Notes under the pieces: generated by a model
What the model was told of the DNA's origin: nothing
Databases searched by the model: none
Seen by the model: the letters and a program-made list of their open reading frames with translations, nothing else
DNA from: the human T2T-CHM13v2.0 reference genome, Homo sapiens
Direction of reading: 5' to 3'
DNA: 64,000 bases
Assembly (NCBI GenBank): GCA_009914755.4
Contig: CP068257.2
Span: forward strand, 35,392,001 to 35,456,000
In this document: positions 1 through 22,471 of the stretch, one piece after another
How the letters are laid out: every line of letters starts with the position of its first letter
Position numbering within the stretch: the first letter of the stretch is position 1
Translations under genes and position numbers: made by a program

Positions 1-421
1 CGCTGATCAGCAGGTAGCCTGTCACGCTGAAGTAGTTCTGTCCACGGATGTGGGTGTGGGAAGAGTGGTTGTTCCCTGGGGGCTGTAGAGCCCGCCAATC
101 CTCACCCCTAGCCCGGAGCCCGCTCTTTGCAGAGCCCAGCTGGTTGCGCAGAGCGACCAGCGCCAGTCTGTGCTCTGGTACTGTGCACCGCCCTGGGTTC
201 CCTGCAGTCCACCGACGAGAGCTGCCCAGCGCAGGGAAGGAACGCTTCTTGCTCAACAGCGCCCTCGCCCGACAAAGCAGGACAATTCCCCAGCTCCCAA
301 GCCCTCTTCTGTATTTCTCAAAAATGCCATTGGCTGGAGTGGCGGTGAAGAGGACTAACGCCTGGTGACCTGTACCAGGGCTCCCGGCAAGCAAAGCAAA
401 ACTAGAATAAAACCTCAAGTA

Positions 422-776
<355 letters not shown>

Positions 777-1202
777 TCACCCTCACCCACTTCATGCCCC
801 TACAACACTTAGGGAGCTATCTCCCTCCCCTACCTGCACCTTTCTTGATCTCTGTTGCGTTTCCCTCCTGGCCACTTGCGGGCACTGTCAGGGAGGCAGT
901 TTCCTGGAAAACATCAGGGACTGTTTGTTCTTCTGGGCCTGCCCTATCTGCCAGGCTCCCACTTCTTAGCCCTAGCCCGGTCAGAGACTCGAACGGGGAG
1001 GAGAAGGCTGACCCCCACTGAAAGCCTCTCTGCACCTGTCAGTCCTCAGGCTCATAGGAAAACACACTCGCACATATGTTAAACGCAGTGCTTGCGTTGT
1101 GCACATTTCTGTTCTCGTGTTTCATTATAAAATGTGAATATTTAGACATTTCCCTCAGCAGACAAAGGATCCTTTTGGAAAACAATCAGGATATTTATGG
1201 CA

Positions 1203-1511
1203 TTTTTTTTTTTTTGAGGCGGAGTTTCGCTCTTGTCGCCCAGGCTGGAGTGCAATGGTGCAGTCTCAGCTCACTGCAATCTCAGCTCACTGCAGCCTCT
1301 GCCTCCCAGGTTCAAGCGATTCGCCTGCCTCAGCCTCCAAGTAGCTGGGATTACAAGCGTGCGCCACCACGCCCGGCTAATTTTTGTATTTGTAGTAGGG
1401 ACGGGGGTTTCACTATGTTGGCCAGGCTGGTCTCGAACTCCTGACCTCAGATCGTGATGCTCCTGCCTCCGCCTCCCACAGTGCTGGTAATTACGGGCGT
1501 GAGCCACTGCG
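1203..1511 (-). mobile_element. Alu (full length)
   Basis: A T-run is followed by gaggcggagtttcgctcttgtcgcccaggctggagtgc...ggcgtgagccactgcgccctgcctggc. Confidence 0.9.
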
Positions 1512-1890
1512 CCCTGCCTGGCATAAAACTTTTAAAGCTGCATATGTTTGTGGGGTAAGGTTTTTAAAGTGGATAAAGGTGTGCTGAATGTTTTAACAGG
1601 GTCCAGTTAGAACTGGACGATTTACAGAAGTTATTCTTTCTCTGACACCTGCCACTGCCGAGTTAGGCCCTGTCTGATCGCAGGGCGCCAAATAGCCGTT
1701 AGCAGGGCAAGATTGCTTGTGGCCATAAAGTAGGGCCTGAGGAAATAGGAGTGTTTTATAATCACGAACAGAGCTTAACAAAGAAGCAGCTTCCTGTATC
1801 CCCCAAAGAGTGAACAACTTTATGGAAAAGATTTGGTTTCAAAGAGCCTCATCACTTTCTTAGCTCATCACAGTGAATTATGAAAATATG

Positions 1891-2140
1891 GCTGGGGCCG
1901 GGCGCGGTGTCTCACGCCTGTAATCCCAGCACTTTGGGAGGCCGAGGCGGGCGGATCATGAGATCAGGAGATCGAAACACGGTGAAACCCCATCTCTACT
2001 AAAAATACAAAAAATTAGCCGGGCGTGGTGGCATGCGCCTGTAGTCCCAGCTACTCGGGAGGCTGAGGCAGGAGAATCTCAGTGAGCCGAGATCGCACCA
2101 CTGCACTCCAGCCTGGGTGAGCAGAGTAAGACTCCGTCTC

Positions 2141-2169
<29 letters not shown>
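1891..2169 (+). mobile_element. Alu (AluY/S-like, small internal deletion)
   Basis: The copy runs ggctggggccgggcgcggtgtctcacgcctgtaatcccagcactttgggaggccgaggcgggcggatca... and ends in A30. Confidence 0.9.
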
Positions 2170-2173
<4 letters not shown>

Positions 2174-2375
2174 AGGGAAAATGTAATGTCTGCAGAGGCT
2201 CCTTACAGGCGAATTTGCTCATATATATCATGTGCACATTCCCTCCGCCACCCGCCCCAGCGTCCGTGCAGGATGGAATGGCGTGGAGATTCACGGTGTC
2301 AAAGTCCTTCCTTGTCAGGCCATAGTAAGTTTTGTCCTGTTTCTCATCTGGTTCCAATTGAACTTTGGAATCTGA

Positions 2376-3317
<942 letters not shown>

Positions 3318-3760
3318 CTGCCACTCTGAATTTGATGCTCTCCTCTGCCAAAATAGTCTTAGAATTGCAAACCCACATGCCACAGATGTCTCTGCGAGGC
3401 CCTTCATGAACCCGTTCCTGACCTTCCTTCATGCTTAGAATCATGGGTATCTTACCGTGTGATGCTTTGTAGCTGGTTATTAGCATACATGTGCGTCTCT
3501 GTCCATTAGATTGTAAAATGCTGGACTGAGGCACTGTGTCCAACTCCTTCCATCTGAATTCTTCACAGTGCCTGGGACATTTTGGGCCGCGGTAACAGGA
3601 ACACGGGCTTATCGAATACTGATAAGGTGTCTAAACTCTCTAAAATTGGTATTGATATGACCAACTGCAGATGACTTACGTTCTGTGGTTTAAAACCTCA
3701 GGATGTCACCTTCCGACACTCCTGCACTGTCTCTGTGTTTGTATGTGTCTGTCGTTACAG

Positions 3761-3828
3761 CTTGAACCTAGGGCTGACCAACACACTTTTGGATCAAAGG
3801 GAGCCTTTGGGTTTCAGCATCCTGTAAG
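3761..3828 (+). CDS. RIPPLY3: RIPPLY3 penultimate coding exon (68 nt; encodes [22 protein letters not shown] plus 2 nt of a split Arg codon)
   Basis: A pyrimidine tract and ttacag acceptor end at 3760. Only one of the three frames is open. The donor is AG|GTAATA at 3829. Splicing to 8085 gives [11 protein letters not shown], the conserved N-terminal edge of the Ripply homology domain. Confidence 0.7.
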
Positions 3829-4155
3829 GTAATATACGACTTCACAATAAGTAATCTGTAATTTCCTTTTAATATAGGCATTAATATGCTTTAGTGTCTT
3901 CAACCACATAGATTGTCAACAAAGTGGAAAATAATTCAATGTATTCTTTGGTATTGTTTAGTTTCCTTATACCAAGGAGATTTTGTTGGATTTCTGGAAT
4001 CCATTCATGTATTCATTCATTCAGTGTTTTCTACAAAGTGCAATTGGCCTCTCTCTTTTCTTTATACCTGTTATTTCTACTTCTCATTACAAATTGTGCC
4101 TTGTATTATATTTATATAATTGCATGTGAATTGTATATGCATATACAAAAACTTA

Positions 4156-4617
<462 letters not shown>

Positions 4618-4954
4618 CTAAGTGTGTGTCATGGTCCTGGTGGTGACCAGGATTCTCACTGCTGTATCCATCTACACTCTGTCCATTTTAGACAAGTGGC
4701 TCACGTTCAGGATTTCTGCCTGTCTCTCTGTCTCTGTCTCTCTCTTTTTCTCTGTCTGTCTCGCTCGATCTCCTTTACCAAAATTAACCTTGCCTGGGCC
4801 GCCTCCACCAGGTGCCTTTGCCCTGGTTACCCAAGAAGACTGGAAAGCTTAATACAACCCAAAGACACTCATGTGTAGGCATAAAGCTCAGTCTCCTCAG
4901 ACTGGTCAGAAGGAAGCTTCCCTTGTATGCCTTACACCAATAGTTTTCTTTTCT

Positions 4955-5689
<735 letters not shown>

Positions 5690-5943
5690 TGATTAGTTGA
5701 AAATGCTGTGACTGACAAAGCATGAGCTGCAGCCATGCACTGCACACTGGATATACAATTTCACTTTATATTTTTATTACAGAAAATTTCAGACATACAC
5801 AAAAGTGGAGTGAATAGTACAGTGAACCCCATGTACCCATCACCGGCCTCAATAGTTATCAATGTTCTGAGCTCATCATATTTATCACCCGCAACTATGT
5901 TGTTGTTGTTGTTAGCATATTTTATTTTATTTATTTATTTTAT

Positions 5944-6226
5944 TTTGAGATAGGGTCTTGCTCTGTTGCCCAGGCTGGAGTGCAGTGGTGTCATCCCAGC
6001 TCACTGCAGCCTCCACCTCCCCAGGCTTCCATCTCGGCCTCTGGAGTAGCTGGGACTACAGGTACAAACCACCACACCCAGCTAATTTTTTTTTTTTTTT
6101 TTTTTCAGATATGGGGTTTTGCCATGTTGCTCAGGCTGGTCTCAAACTCCTGGGCTCAAGTGATCCTCTTGCTTTGGCTTCCCAAAGTGCTGAGATTACA
6201 GACATGAGCCACTGTGTCCCACCCCA
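5944..6226 (-). mobile_element. Alu (AluJ/S, diverged)
   Basis: The copy runs ttgagatagggtcttgctctgttgcccaggctggagtgcagtggtgtcatcccagctcactgcagcc...gacatgagccactgtgtcccacc. Confidence 0.85.
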
Positions 6227-6760
6227 GCATATTCTAAAGCCAATCTCAGACATGCTAGGAATTCACCTGTGAATACTTCAGCATAAATACCTAATTGTAA
6301 ACATGGCTAAAAATGGAACTATGCTCATATTTCTGTCTTAGATGAACATACACATTCTGTCTGCTGCAGAATTCCTCAACCTCAGCACTATTGGCACTTT
6401 GGGCTGGATAATTCTTCACAGTGGGAGCTATCCTGGGCCTCGTAGGGTGTTTACCAGTATTCCTGGCCTCTACTCACTAAATGTCAGTAGCTTACCCTCC
6501 ATTGTGACAACCAAAAATGTCTCCAGACATTGCCAAATGTCCCCTCGAGGTCGAGAACCATTGGTCTATTGGATATCTTATGAAGTAAAAAACTATCATC
6601 CATTATTTATAGAAGGGTGTTTTCTCTCTCCCTTTTCTCTTCTATCTGAAAAAAAAGGATATTGAAATCAGCTTTGCAAATAAGCAGTGATCAATTGACA
6701 AACTCACTTCTTCAGAAGACCACAGAGAAAAATGCAAATAAGTTAATGAATGAAAAGCAG

Positions 6761-7060
6761 GTCGAGGCATGGTGGCTCATACCTGTAATCTCACACTTTG
6801 GGAGGCCAAGGCAGGAGGATCACTTGAGCTCAGGAGTTGCAGACCAGCCTGGGCAATATGGCGAAACCCTGTCTCTATGAAAAATATAAAGAATTAGCTG
6901 GATGTGGTGGCATGCACCAGTAGTCTCAGCTACTCAGGAGGTTCAGGTGGGAGATGCTTGAGCCCAGGATTTCAAGGCTGCAGTAAGCTATGATTGCCTC
7001 ACTGTGCTCCAGCCTGGGTGGCAGAATGAGACCCTTTCTCAAAAACAAAAAAGAAAGAAA
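6761..7060 (+). mobile_element. Alu (AluJ-like)
   Basis: The copy runs gtcgaggcatggtggctcatacctgtaatctcacactttgggaggccaaggcaggagg...ccagcctgggtggcagaatgagaccctttctcaaaaac. Confidence 0.85.
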
Positions 7061-7082
7061 GTAAGTGAAGGATAAGAGATTA

Positions 7083-7381
<299 letters not shown>

Positions 7382-8084
7382 GATTACAGGGAGGGGGTAT
7401 CTTAATACTTGCCATGTATGAGCAAATCCAAAATCTTATAAAACCTGGAATTTAGGGGTTCCAAATTTTACATACTTAAGCACTTTCTTTTTTCTTTCTA
7501 TTTCCTTTTTTCCTAAGCACATCTTTTTTATTCTGGCAGAGCAAAGGACTTGTGCCTCCAATTTCTTTATGGCAACATCTGGAAAAATTAGCTGCTTCTC
7601 TAGACCAGGGTTTCAGAGATGTCAGAGTAAATTTCCTCCAGAACCCAAGGGGTTACAGCATTTCCCATGCTGCAGGGGACAGAGGGTGGGGTGGGAGAGT
7701 GGGGCTTCACCTAAATGGGACATCAATTATCCAAGAAGAGTCAAGTCCGCTATTTGATCAGAGTGAGCCTCCTAATCTTGGAACTCAGTGTTTTCAGTTG
7801 CCTTTTACCTTCCTTGAAGCACACCCTCTTCCTTGCGACTGTCTGAATTGACTGGCTCAGTCAGATTTATAACTCACTTCTGAACCGGGGTAGGTTTATC
7901 ACCAGGTGCCTCCAATAGGTGCCTAGAGTTCTCTGTTCTGATGACTTAAATTCTGTGTGTTGTGAAGGCAAAGACCAGAAAGGAAGACTGGGGAGTTCTC
8001 TGCTTCTGGGAAAAAGCACCCTCTAGAAGCAATTTAGGACGAGGTTCAGGTTGATTAATGGTATATTTGTTTCTTAAATATTAG

Positions 8085-8418
8085 AGTCTATTTACCCATG
8101 TCAAAGCGTCAAGAATACCTGCGGAGTTCCGGGGAGCAAGTACTGGCCAGTTTCCCAGTGCAAGCCACGATTGACTTCTACGACGATGAGTCTACTGAGT
8201 CTGCTTCCGAAGCTGAAGAGCCAGAGGAAGGACCCCCACCCCTCCATCTTCTGCCCCAGGAGGTGGGAGGTCGGCAGGAAAATGGCCCAGGGGGAAAGGG
8301 CAGAGACCAGGGCATCAACCAAGGGCAGCGATCCTCAGGAGGGGGTGACCACTGGGGGGAGGGTCCGCTCCCTCAAGGTGTCTCCTCAAGGGGTGGCAAG
8401 TGCTCCTCATCCAAATGA
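8085..8418 (+). CDS. RIPPLY3: RIPPLY3 terminal coding exon (110 codons plus TGA stop at 8416-8418), Ripply homology domain
   Basis: The acceptor is tttgtttcttaaatattag|A at 8084/8085. The ORF reads ...[45 protein letters not shown]..., matching the Ripply family signature FP[IV]QATI.FY.D.[DS]. A Gly/Ser/Gln-rich tail follows to the stop. The frame is continuous with exon 3761-3828. Confidence 0.85.
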
Positions 8419-9538
<1,120 letters not shown>

Positions 9539-10021
9539 TTAGATAAAAATGTATGTGATGACTGTATAAGGAGGCCTGTGTGTATGAATTTATAGGGAGT
9601 AGAACCGTCTCTCTTCTTAGTTGGTGACTGTTTGGGGCCTGGTATTTTAATAGATGAACACTACTTTTTTAATTTTTTATTTTTTTAACCCTACCCTTAA
9701 CCCATGAACACTATTTTTAATTAAAGTATCTGATGTAAAATTATTTTGAGTTTTTAATATTTTGATAAACGTGTATTCCTGAAACTTTTTGACTTACTTA
9801 TCTTACATGTGGTGTCTTCCTGTATATAGTACATTATATCAATTTCTACTTGAAATAAATATTTTGAAAGAATGTTTGATAATCACCCTTTTTTGCTTAA
9901 GACATTTTTAGAATTAAATAGTTTCTGCTTTAAGGTTTTTTCATTTTTCATGGTTTTTAAAAATAATTCTTTTAAAATTATAACCTATTATTTTATTTCA
10001 GTATTCTGTTTTATTTTTTAA

Positions 10022-10471
<450 letters not shown>

Positions 10472-10485
10472 TAATTAAAAAAAAT

Positions 10486-10613
10486 TTTTTTTTTGTAGAT
10501 ACAGGTTCTCAATACATTGCCAAGGCTGCTCTTGAACTCCTGGCCTCAAGCTATCGTCTTACCTAGGCCTCCTAAAGCACTGGAACTACAGGAATGAGCC
10601 ACCATACTAGGCC
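10486..10613 (-). mobile_element. Alu monomer-like fragment (FRAM/FLAM-type)
   Basis: The copy runs tttttttttgtagatacaggttctcaatacattgccaaggctgctcttgaactcctggcctcaagc...ggaatgagccaccatactaggcc. Confidence 0.65.
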
Positions 10614-11209
10614 CAATATATTAAAAAGTAGGAGTAATGAATGGAAATACTTTCAGCAATCCAAACACTATAGAAAGTACACATTGCAAAGTAAAATCAC
10701 ATTCTGCTCTTCCCCCTTTCCTTTGTCTAAAGATAACAAACATCAATTGTGTTTTATGGCTTCAGTCTTTTGAAAAATTCCTTTTTTGTGTGTTTTTCTT
10801 TTCTGGGCCTTTTTTTCTTTTAAAATGTTTACTTTTTTGTGTTTTGAACAAATTTGGCTACTTTTTCATTTAAAAATTAAAAATTATATTTTATTGTTTC
10901 TTTTACTTGTTTAAAGTACATCTTTTCAGACTTAAAAACAATTAAACCTGGGTCAATTTCAGAAAGGATTTAAGATGACCCCGAATTTTGCTGGCTTTTC
11001 ACAGAAAAATGCTAGAAGTCTTATCCTCACTCCTTCATGTGATGCTTAAGATAAAAACTAAATAATCACATCTGACTTTGTTGAGTTTTCTTGATAAATC
11101 AGTTTTATTGACAAATAAAGCCTGGTCCAATAATGAGTTTATCCTAAATAAACCAAACATAGTCCAAATTCTGATGGCATCAACCTCCACAGTTTAAAAT
11201 ATGCTGCGT

Positions 11210-11497
11210 GTGCCAGGTGAGATGGTTCACCCCTGTAATCCCAGCACTTTGGGAGACCGAGGCAGGTGGATCACTTGAGTCCAGGAGGTCGAGACCTGCC
11301 TGGACATGGTGAAACCCCTTCTCTACTAAAAATACAAAAAATTCACCAGGCGTGGTGACACGTGCCTGTAGTCTCAGCCACTTGGGAGGCTGAGGTGGGA
11401 GGATCACCTGAGCCTGGGGAGGTTGAGGCTGCAGTGAGCCAAAATCACACCACTGCACTCCAGCTTGGGAGACAGAAAGAGACCCTGCTCAAAAAAG
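11210..11497 (+). mobile_element. Alu (AluS/J)
   Basis: The copy runs gtgtgccaggtgagatggttcacccctgtaatcccagcactttgggagaccgaggcaggtggatcacttgag...ccagcttgggagacagaaagagaccctgctcaaaaaa. Confidence 0.9.
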
Positions 11498-11746
11498 TTG
11501 ATTAATATATGCTGTATGATAGTTTTACATTACATTAATTCTAAATTACTTAGAATCTGGCCAGCTTAGTGCAAATACAAAACAAGGCACTTTAGCTATG
11601 GCTAGCAATGGAATCACATATACTGTGGGTCAGACATTTTTGATAGCAAGGATATGGTGAGCTTGGGGCCTCCTTAGCTCTCTGATTGTTACAATTACGT
11701 GAATTAACTAAAAGTCTCAAACCTAAGAGCTCCAGGGTTTTGGTCA

Positions 11747-12073
<327 letters not shown>

Positions 12074-12265
12074 TGTGTGCCTGCCCCCTAACATATATTC
12101 ACTTATGAATTATATGTTATGTTGAGCCATTTGAAATTGCTGATGCTTTACCATTTTTAACCTACAAAAAAAGGCAATTTCATATGGTTCAACCAACATG
12201 TACTATTGGGATAATATATTGCGCATTACAAAATATACACAAGACGTATATTTTAAAGGAAAGCC

Positions 12266-12391
12266 CAAGTTGGGCATGGTGGCTTACACCTGTAATCCCA
12301 GCACTTTGGGAGGCCAAGGCTGGAGGATCACTTGTGACCAGCCTGGGCAACATAGCAAGACCACATCTCTACAAAAAAAAAAAAAAAAAAA
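12266..12391 (+). mobile_element. Alu left-monomer-like element (FLAM-type)
   Basis: The copy runs ccaagttgggcatggtggcttacacctgtaatcccagcactttgggaggccaaggctggaggatcacttgtgaccagcctgggcaacatagcaagaccacatctctac and ends in A19. Confidence 0.7.
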
Positions 12392-12417
12392 GCAAATAAG
12401 CAATTTCATCACTTTTT

Positions 12418-12897
12418 AAAACTTGTATTTTAAGTTCAGAGGTACATGTGCAGGTTTGTTACATAGGTAAATGCATATCATGGGGTCTTTTTATACAGAT
12501 TATTTCATCACCCAGGTATTAAGCCTAGTACCCATTTGTTATTTTTTCTGATCCTCTCCTTCCTTCCACCCACCACCCTCCTATGGGCCCCAAATGTGCG
12601 TTGTTCCTCTCTGTGTGTCCATGTGTTCTCATCATTTAGCTCCCACTTGTAAGTGAGAACATGCAGTATTTGGTTTTCTATTCCTGCATTAGTTTGCTAA
12701 GGATAATGGTCTCCAGCTCCATCCACACTCCTGCAAAGGATATGATCTTGTTCCTTTTTATGGCTGCGAAATATTCCATGGTGTATATGTACCACATTTT
12801 CTCTGTCCAGTCTACCATTGATGGGCATTTAGGTTGATTCCATGTCTTTGCTACTGTGAACAGTGTTGCAATGAACATACACGTGTTTGTGTCTTTT
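12418..12897 (-). mobile_element. L1 3'-end fragment (ORF2 C-terminus plus 3'UTR)
   Basis: The minus-strand ORF MFIATLFTVAKTWNQPKCPSMVDWTEKMWYIYTMEYFAAIK matches the L1 ORF2 C-terminus. The antisense 3'UTR motif ggtacatgtgcaggtttgttacata is present. Confidence 0.85.
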
Positions 12898-13134
12898 TAA
12901 AATAATTTTTATTTTAGGTTTGGGGTACATGTGAAGTTTTGTTATACAGGTAAACTCGTGTCACAGGGGTTTGTTGTACGGATTATTTCATCGTCCAGGT
13001 ATTAAGCCTAGTACTCAATAATTATTTTTTCTGCTCCTCTCCCTCCTCCCTCCATCCTCAAGTAGGCCCTAGCATCTGTTGTTCCCCTCTTTGTGTGCAC
13101 GAGTTCTCGTCGTTTAGCTCCCACTTATAAGTGA

Positions 13135-13521
<387 letters not shown>

Positions 13522-14206
13522 CGATCTTGTTCTTTTTTATGGCTGCATAATATTCCACATTTTCTTTATGCAATCTGCCATTGATGGGCATTTAGACTGA
13601 TTCCAGTGGGTGTCTTTATGGTAGAATGATTTATATTCCTTTGGGTATATACCCAGTAATGGGATTGCTGGGTCGAATGGTAGTTCTGTTTTGAGATCTT
13701 TGAGGATTCTCCACTCTGCTTTCCACAATAGTTGAACTAATTTACTTTCCTACCAACAGTGTATAAGCGTTCCCTTTTCTCTGCAACCTCACTAGAATCT
13801 GTTTTTGTTTTGTTTTGTTTTGTTTTGTTTGCTTTTTAACAATAGCCATTCTGACTGGTGTGTGATGGTATCTTATGGTTTTGATTTGCATTTCTCTAAT
13901 GATCAGTGATGTTGAGCTTTTTTTCATGTTGGCCACATTTATGTCTTCTTTTGAGAAGTGTCTATTCAAGCCCTTTTCCCACTTTTTAATGGAGTTGTTT
14001 GTTTTTTTCTCTTGCAAATTTGTTTAAGTACCTTATAGATGTTAGATATTGGACCTTTGTCCAATGTATAGTTTGCAAAATTTCTCTCCCATTCTCTAGG
14101 TTGTCTTCTTACTCTGATGATAGTTTCTTTTGCTGTGCAGAAGCTCTTTAGTTTAATAGATCCCATTTGTCAATTTTTGCTTTTGTTACAATTGCTTTTG
14201 GCATCT

Positions 14207-14576
<370 letters not shown>

Positions 14577-15067
14577 TAGGTTGTCTTCCGGGGTTTTTAT
14601 AGTTCTAGGTTTTACATGTAAGTCTTTAATCCATCTTGAGATGATTTTTGTATATGGTATAAGGAAGGGGTCCAGTTTCAATCTTCTACATATGGCTAGC
14701 CAGTTATCCCAGCACCATTTATTAAATAGGGAGTCCTTTCCCCATTGCTTTTTTTTTTTTTTTTTTTTTTTTGGTCACCTTTGTTAAAGATCAGATGGTT
14801 ATAGGTGTGTGGCCTTATTTCTGGGCTCTCTATTCTGTTCCATCCGTCTATGTGTCTGTTTTTGTACCAGTACCATGTTGTTTTGGTTACTGTAACCCTG
14901 TAGTTTGGCTTGATGTCAGGTAGGGTAATGTCCCCAGCTTTGTTCTTTTTACTTAGGATTGCCTTCACTATTTGGGCTCTTTTTTTTGTTCCATATGAAT
15001 TTTTAAAATAGTTTTTTCTAGTTCTATGAAGAATGTCATTGGAAGTTTGATAGAATAACGTTGAATT

Positions 15068-15452
<385 letters not shown>

Positions 15453-16090
15453 TTATTTGTGTCATTTCTGATTTCTTTGAGCAGGGTTTTGTAATTCTCA
15501 TTGCAGAGATCTTTCACTTCCCTGGTTAGCTGTATTCCTAGGTATTTTATTCTTTTTGTGGCGATTGTGAATGGGATTGAATTCCAATTTGACTCTTGCT
15601 GGCTGTTGTTGGTGTATAGGAATGCTGGTGATTTTTGCACATTGGTTTTGTATCCTGAGACTTTGCTGAAGTTGTTTATCAGCTGAAGGAGCTTTTTGGC
15701 CGAGACTTTAGAGTTTTCTAGATACAGGATCATGCCATCTGCAAAGATAGCTTGACTTCCTCTCTTTCCATTTGGAGATGCTCTTTATTTCTTTATCTTG
15801 CCTGATAAGCATTTAAATTATTAATAGTTCTTAAATCCTTTTATTCTCATGAAATAAATATATATACTAAATAATGTATACTGTGTACATATATATAATA
15901 TTTAAGCCACCTCACAGAGAAGCATGGATTCAAATAAAAGAAATATAGCATGCACTTACTAAATTATACTTTTCAGTCACATCCACCAATTTTGAAGAAG
16001 TTTTTACTGAAAGTTGATGAATAAATCTTCTCTTGATGTGAATCCAAGTTTATTTATTTTTCCTTTTTTACTCTTTTTTTTTCTTCTTCT

Positions 16091-16615
<525 letters not shown>

Positions 16616-17835
16616 TTTAAAATGAACCCCATTGTATAACCTTCCTGAAGAAGTCAGAAGATTACCACTAGCCTATCATTCTACAGCAAAACACGAATGG
16701 GGAGAGAGAGAGAAGACTGCTCTTCGAAAGACCAATTTTGGGTTCCTATCTCTTGGATTTTAAAAATCAGGTGATTTCTCTTTAAAAATCTGGATCTCTG
16801 GCAGTGTTTGCATGTGTTCCTGCAAGGAATCAATCAGCTGGAGCTGAGGAACGGCTGTTGGCATTAAACAGCCCAGCCTTCCCCACTCTCCACAGTCTGC
16901 ATCTTCCTCCATCCCCTTCCATTTCTTTCCTGCAACAGCTTGCCTAATAACGGTGCAGTACATGGATTTCACACGTGGTGACATCTCTATGTGTTTTCTC
17001 TGGAATCATTTTAGCATTCTAATCAAAATGGCTGCTCCAACAATGGTTATACTTAGCTAGGTTTTCTATAAAATATCCATTTTTTAAAAGGTAATTTATG
17101 GTTGAGGCTGACTCGTTTGACACATCTTTCTTTCAGTGGCTCACAAAAAGTAGCTCCTAATGAATTTCATTATTGAAACAGAATTTTGCAAATACCACAA
17201 GCTGGAACATGCTAGAAATATCTGCACTTTCACCCAGCTGTACTCAAACCTCCTACGCTGCGTGATTTGATGTAATAATGGTTTATTCAAATCTCCAGCC
17301 ACATCTTCTTTGAGTCTTCCAATAGATTTTCTTACAAAAGAATGCATTTCAATTTCTTGCCATAGTGTTTCCTATTTGCTATTTTAACCAGTTTTACTGT
17401 GGTAGGAAGACAGTGTTTTCTAATATTTTTTAAACTTCTATAATAAACATGGAATTGCAAAACATGCTGTTTAACACACCGTTAAACATTTGTCATTAAG
17501 TTGAGTGAAATTTTGTGTGATCTGGTGTTGAGGATCACATGATTTTTAAACACAATTGACAGTATCTACAGTAAAATGTATGCTTTGCTTGAGGTCCAAT
17601 GATAAAAGATGTTAACAATTCAATTATTTTTCTTGATAATGTTAATTATTTTTGCTAACTTTTTGCCAACTTTTTGCCAGATCTCTTTTAGCTTGTTATG
17701 TGGCTGATGATGAGCTTGCAATAAAGACAGAAATATTAGCCTTGACATTTGTTTGTGGTTTGCTTGAGCTTGCATTATCTATATTATTTTCAATCCAGTT
17801 TCTTGGGAAGAATTTTGTTTGTTTTGTTTTGTTTT

Positions 17836-18151
<316 letters not shown>

Positions 18152-18168
18152 TAAATTTTAAATTGTGA

Positions 18169-19001
<833 letters not shown>

Positions 19002-19881
19002 TCATAAAAGTGGAATCATAAAATATGTTTTTTTTTAATTTGGCTTCTAAATTATCTTTTAAAACTTAAAAAAAAATTTAGATTAAAAAAAAGCCCAGAA
19101 GTCTCAATACTGCACCCTGTCCCCACCAAACCATGGTCCCTTTCCACACTCGCCTGGGCTGTGCACGTCGACTGTGGTGAGGGCACAGCATTGATGCTGT
19201 CACCAGCACAGCCTTGATTTCGTTACAATCCAATTACCTCGGCTCAGAGAACAATTTATTCTGAATAAAGAAATAAGCAAATCCTTGTTTTGCAAATTTC
19301 TGCTGTTGGCCTAGAGAGTGACAGTGCCCCCAAAGATGGGCCAGCAGGGGCTCAAAGCATCCCACTCATTATGCTCTGCAGGAACGCTCCACTGCATGGG
19401 GCACATGCGTTTTCAGTAGCACTGTCTTCATGCAGAGAGAATAGAACGTTTGTTATCAAAGAAGACTGCAAAAAAGTAAAATCTGTACCACCAACAAGCC
19501 AATTCACTCACGAACTGTTCTTTTTAGGACTTAGGAGTAAATTCTGGTGGGCACCACACAGAGGAGTTTTAGACTATTTCAGGTAGATGTTAAAGTAAGG
19601 CATGAAAAGTAAGGTATAAAATGCTCCCTGAAATTATATGTTAAAGTAAGGTATAAAACTGCTCCCTGAAATTATATATAAGATTATTCTTTCTCTTTAT
19701 ATTCCAGAGGTGTATTTGAAGAGCACATTTTTTAGAGGGAAAGTCATAGCAATTTTGTTACAAATATTAACATCAAGGAAATAAAACCATCCTTCTTTCT
19801 AGGCTAGTTTTTCCATGTAAACTTTTAATTTTTTTTATATTTTGTATTTATTTTATTTTATTTTATTTATTTTTCGAGACA

Positions 19882-20573
<692 letters not shown>

Positions 20574-20712
20574 AGACAGGGTCACACCCTGTCACCTCAG
20601 CTAGAGTGCAGTGGTGCAGTCACAGCTCACTGTGGCCTTGACCTCCCTGGCTCAAGCTATTGCCTTCCTCAGCCTCCCAAAGTGCTGGGATTACAGGCAT
20701 AAGCCACTGGGC
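20574..20712 (-). mobile_element. Alu-derived monomer-length element, host of the THE1 insertion; its other end is at 19866-19881
   Basis: The copy runs gacagggtcacaccctgtcacctcagctagagtgcagtggtgcagtcacagctcactgtggcc...ggcataagccactgggcctggcc. The matching start tttttcgagacag lies at 19869-19881. Confidence 0.6.
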
Positions 20713-21086
20713 CTGGCCCAATGTAAACTTTCTATTACAGAATAATACACCTATAGAAACTACATAAATCGTATACTTGATATAATTTGCAAAGTTAATA
20801 TGCTCATGTAAGCAGTACCCAGATCAAAAACAGAGCACAACTGGTCGCCTAGGATAACCCCTTGCACTCTCTTCCAGTCTCCATGCCTCTAAAACCGTAG
20901 ATACGATTTGTCTGGTTTTGAACTTGGTATCAAAGGGACCAAATGGTATGTGCTCTTCTGTGTCTGGCTTCCATCCTTAACATTGTGCTTGGGAGAATCA
21001 GCCAAACTGTGATGTGAAGCTGTAGGCAGCTCGTTCTCATTGCTGAGTAGAACTCTGTTGTGTCAATGTATTCACTGTCCTATTGA

Positions 21087-21783
<697 letters not shown>

Positions 21784-21927
21784 TAGAGGAAAAGAACAAA
21801 GTTACCAAACAGGCTGTTCTTTTCTTTGCGATCTTTACTAATGAACCAGAGCTTAGGGGTGCTGTTGTGTCCAGAAAGTGACCAGAGTCAGTGGGCTCTT
21901 TCTTCTTCCTAAATTGGGATTTTGTAA

Positions 21928-22471
<544 letters not shown>

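Noticed and set aside
48-368. Overlapping 106-, 73- and 62-aa plus-strand ORFs at the window start (possible RIPPLY3 exon)
   Set aside because: None encodes WRPW or any Ripply-like peptide. They mutually overlap in three frames in a moderately GC-rich segment. An acceptor or donor pair (ctctttgcag … ctctg|gtactg) exists, but the enclosed 45 nt has no convincing frame.
3567-3600. Candidate 23-nt micro-exon (ttcttcacag|TGCCTGGGACATTTTGGGCCGCG|gtaaca) as a possible upstream RIPPLY3 exon
   Set aside because: It is too short and does not encode anything resembling the expected Ripply N-terminal or WRPW region. Splice-like motifs at this density occur by chance. RIPPLY3 exons 1-2 are more likely upstream of the window.
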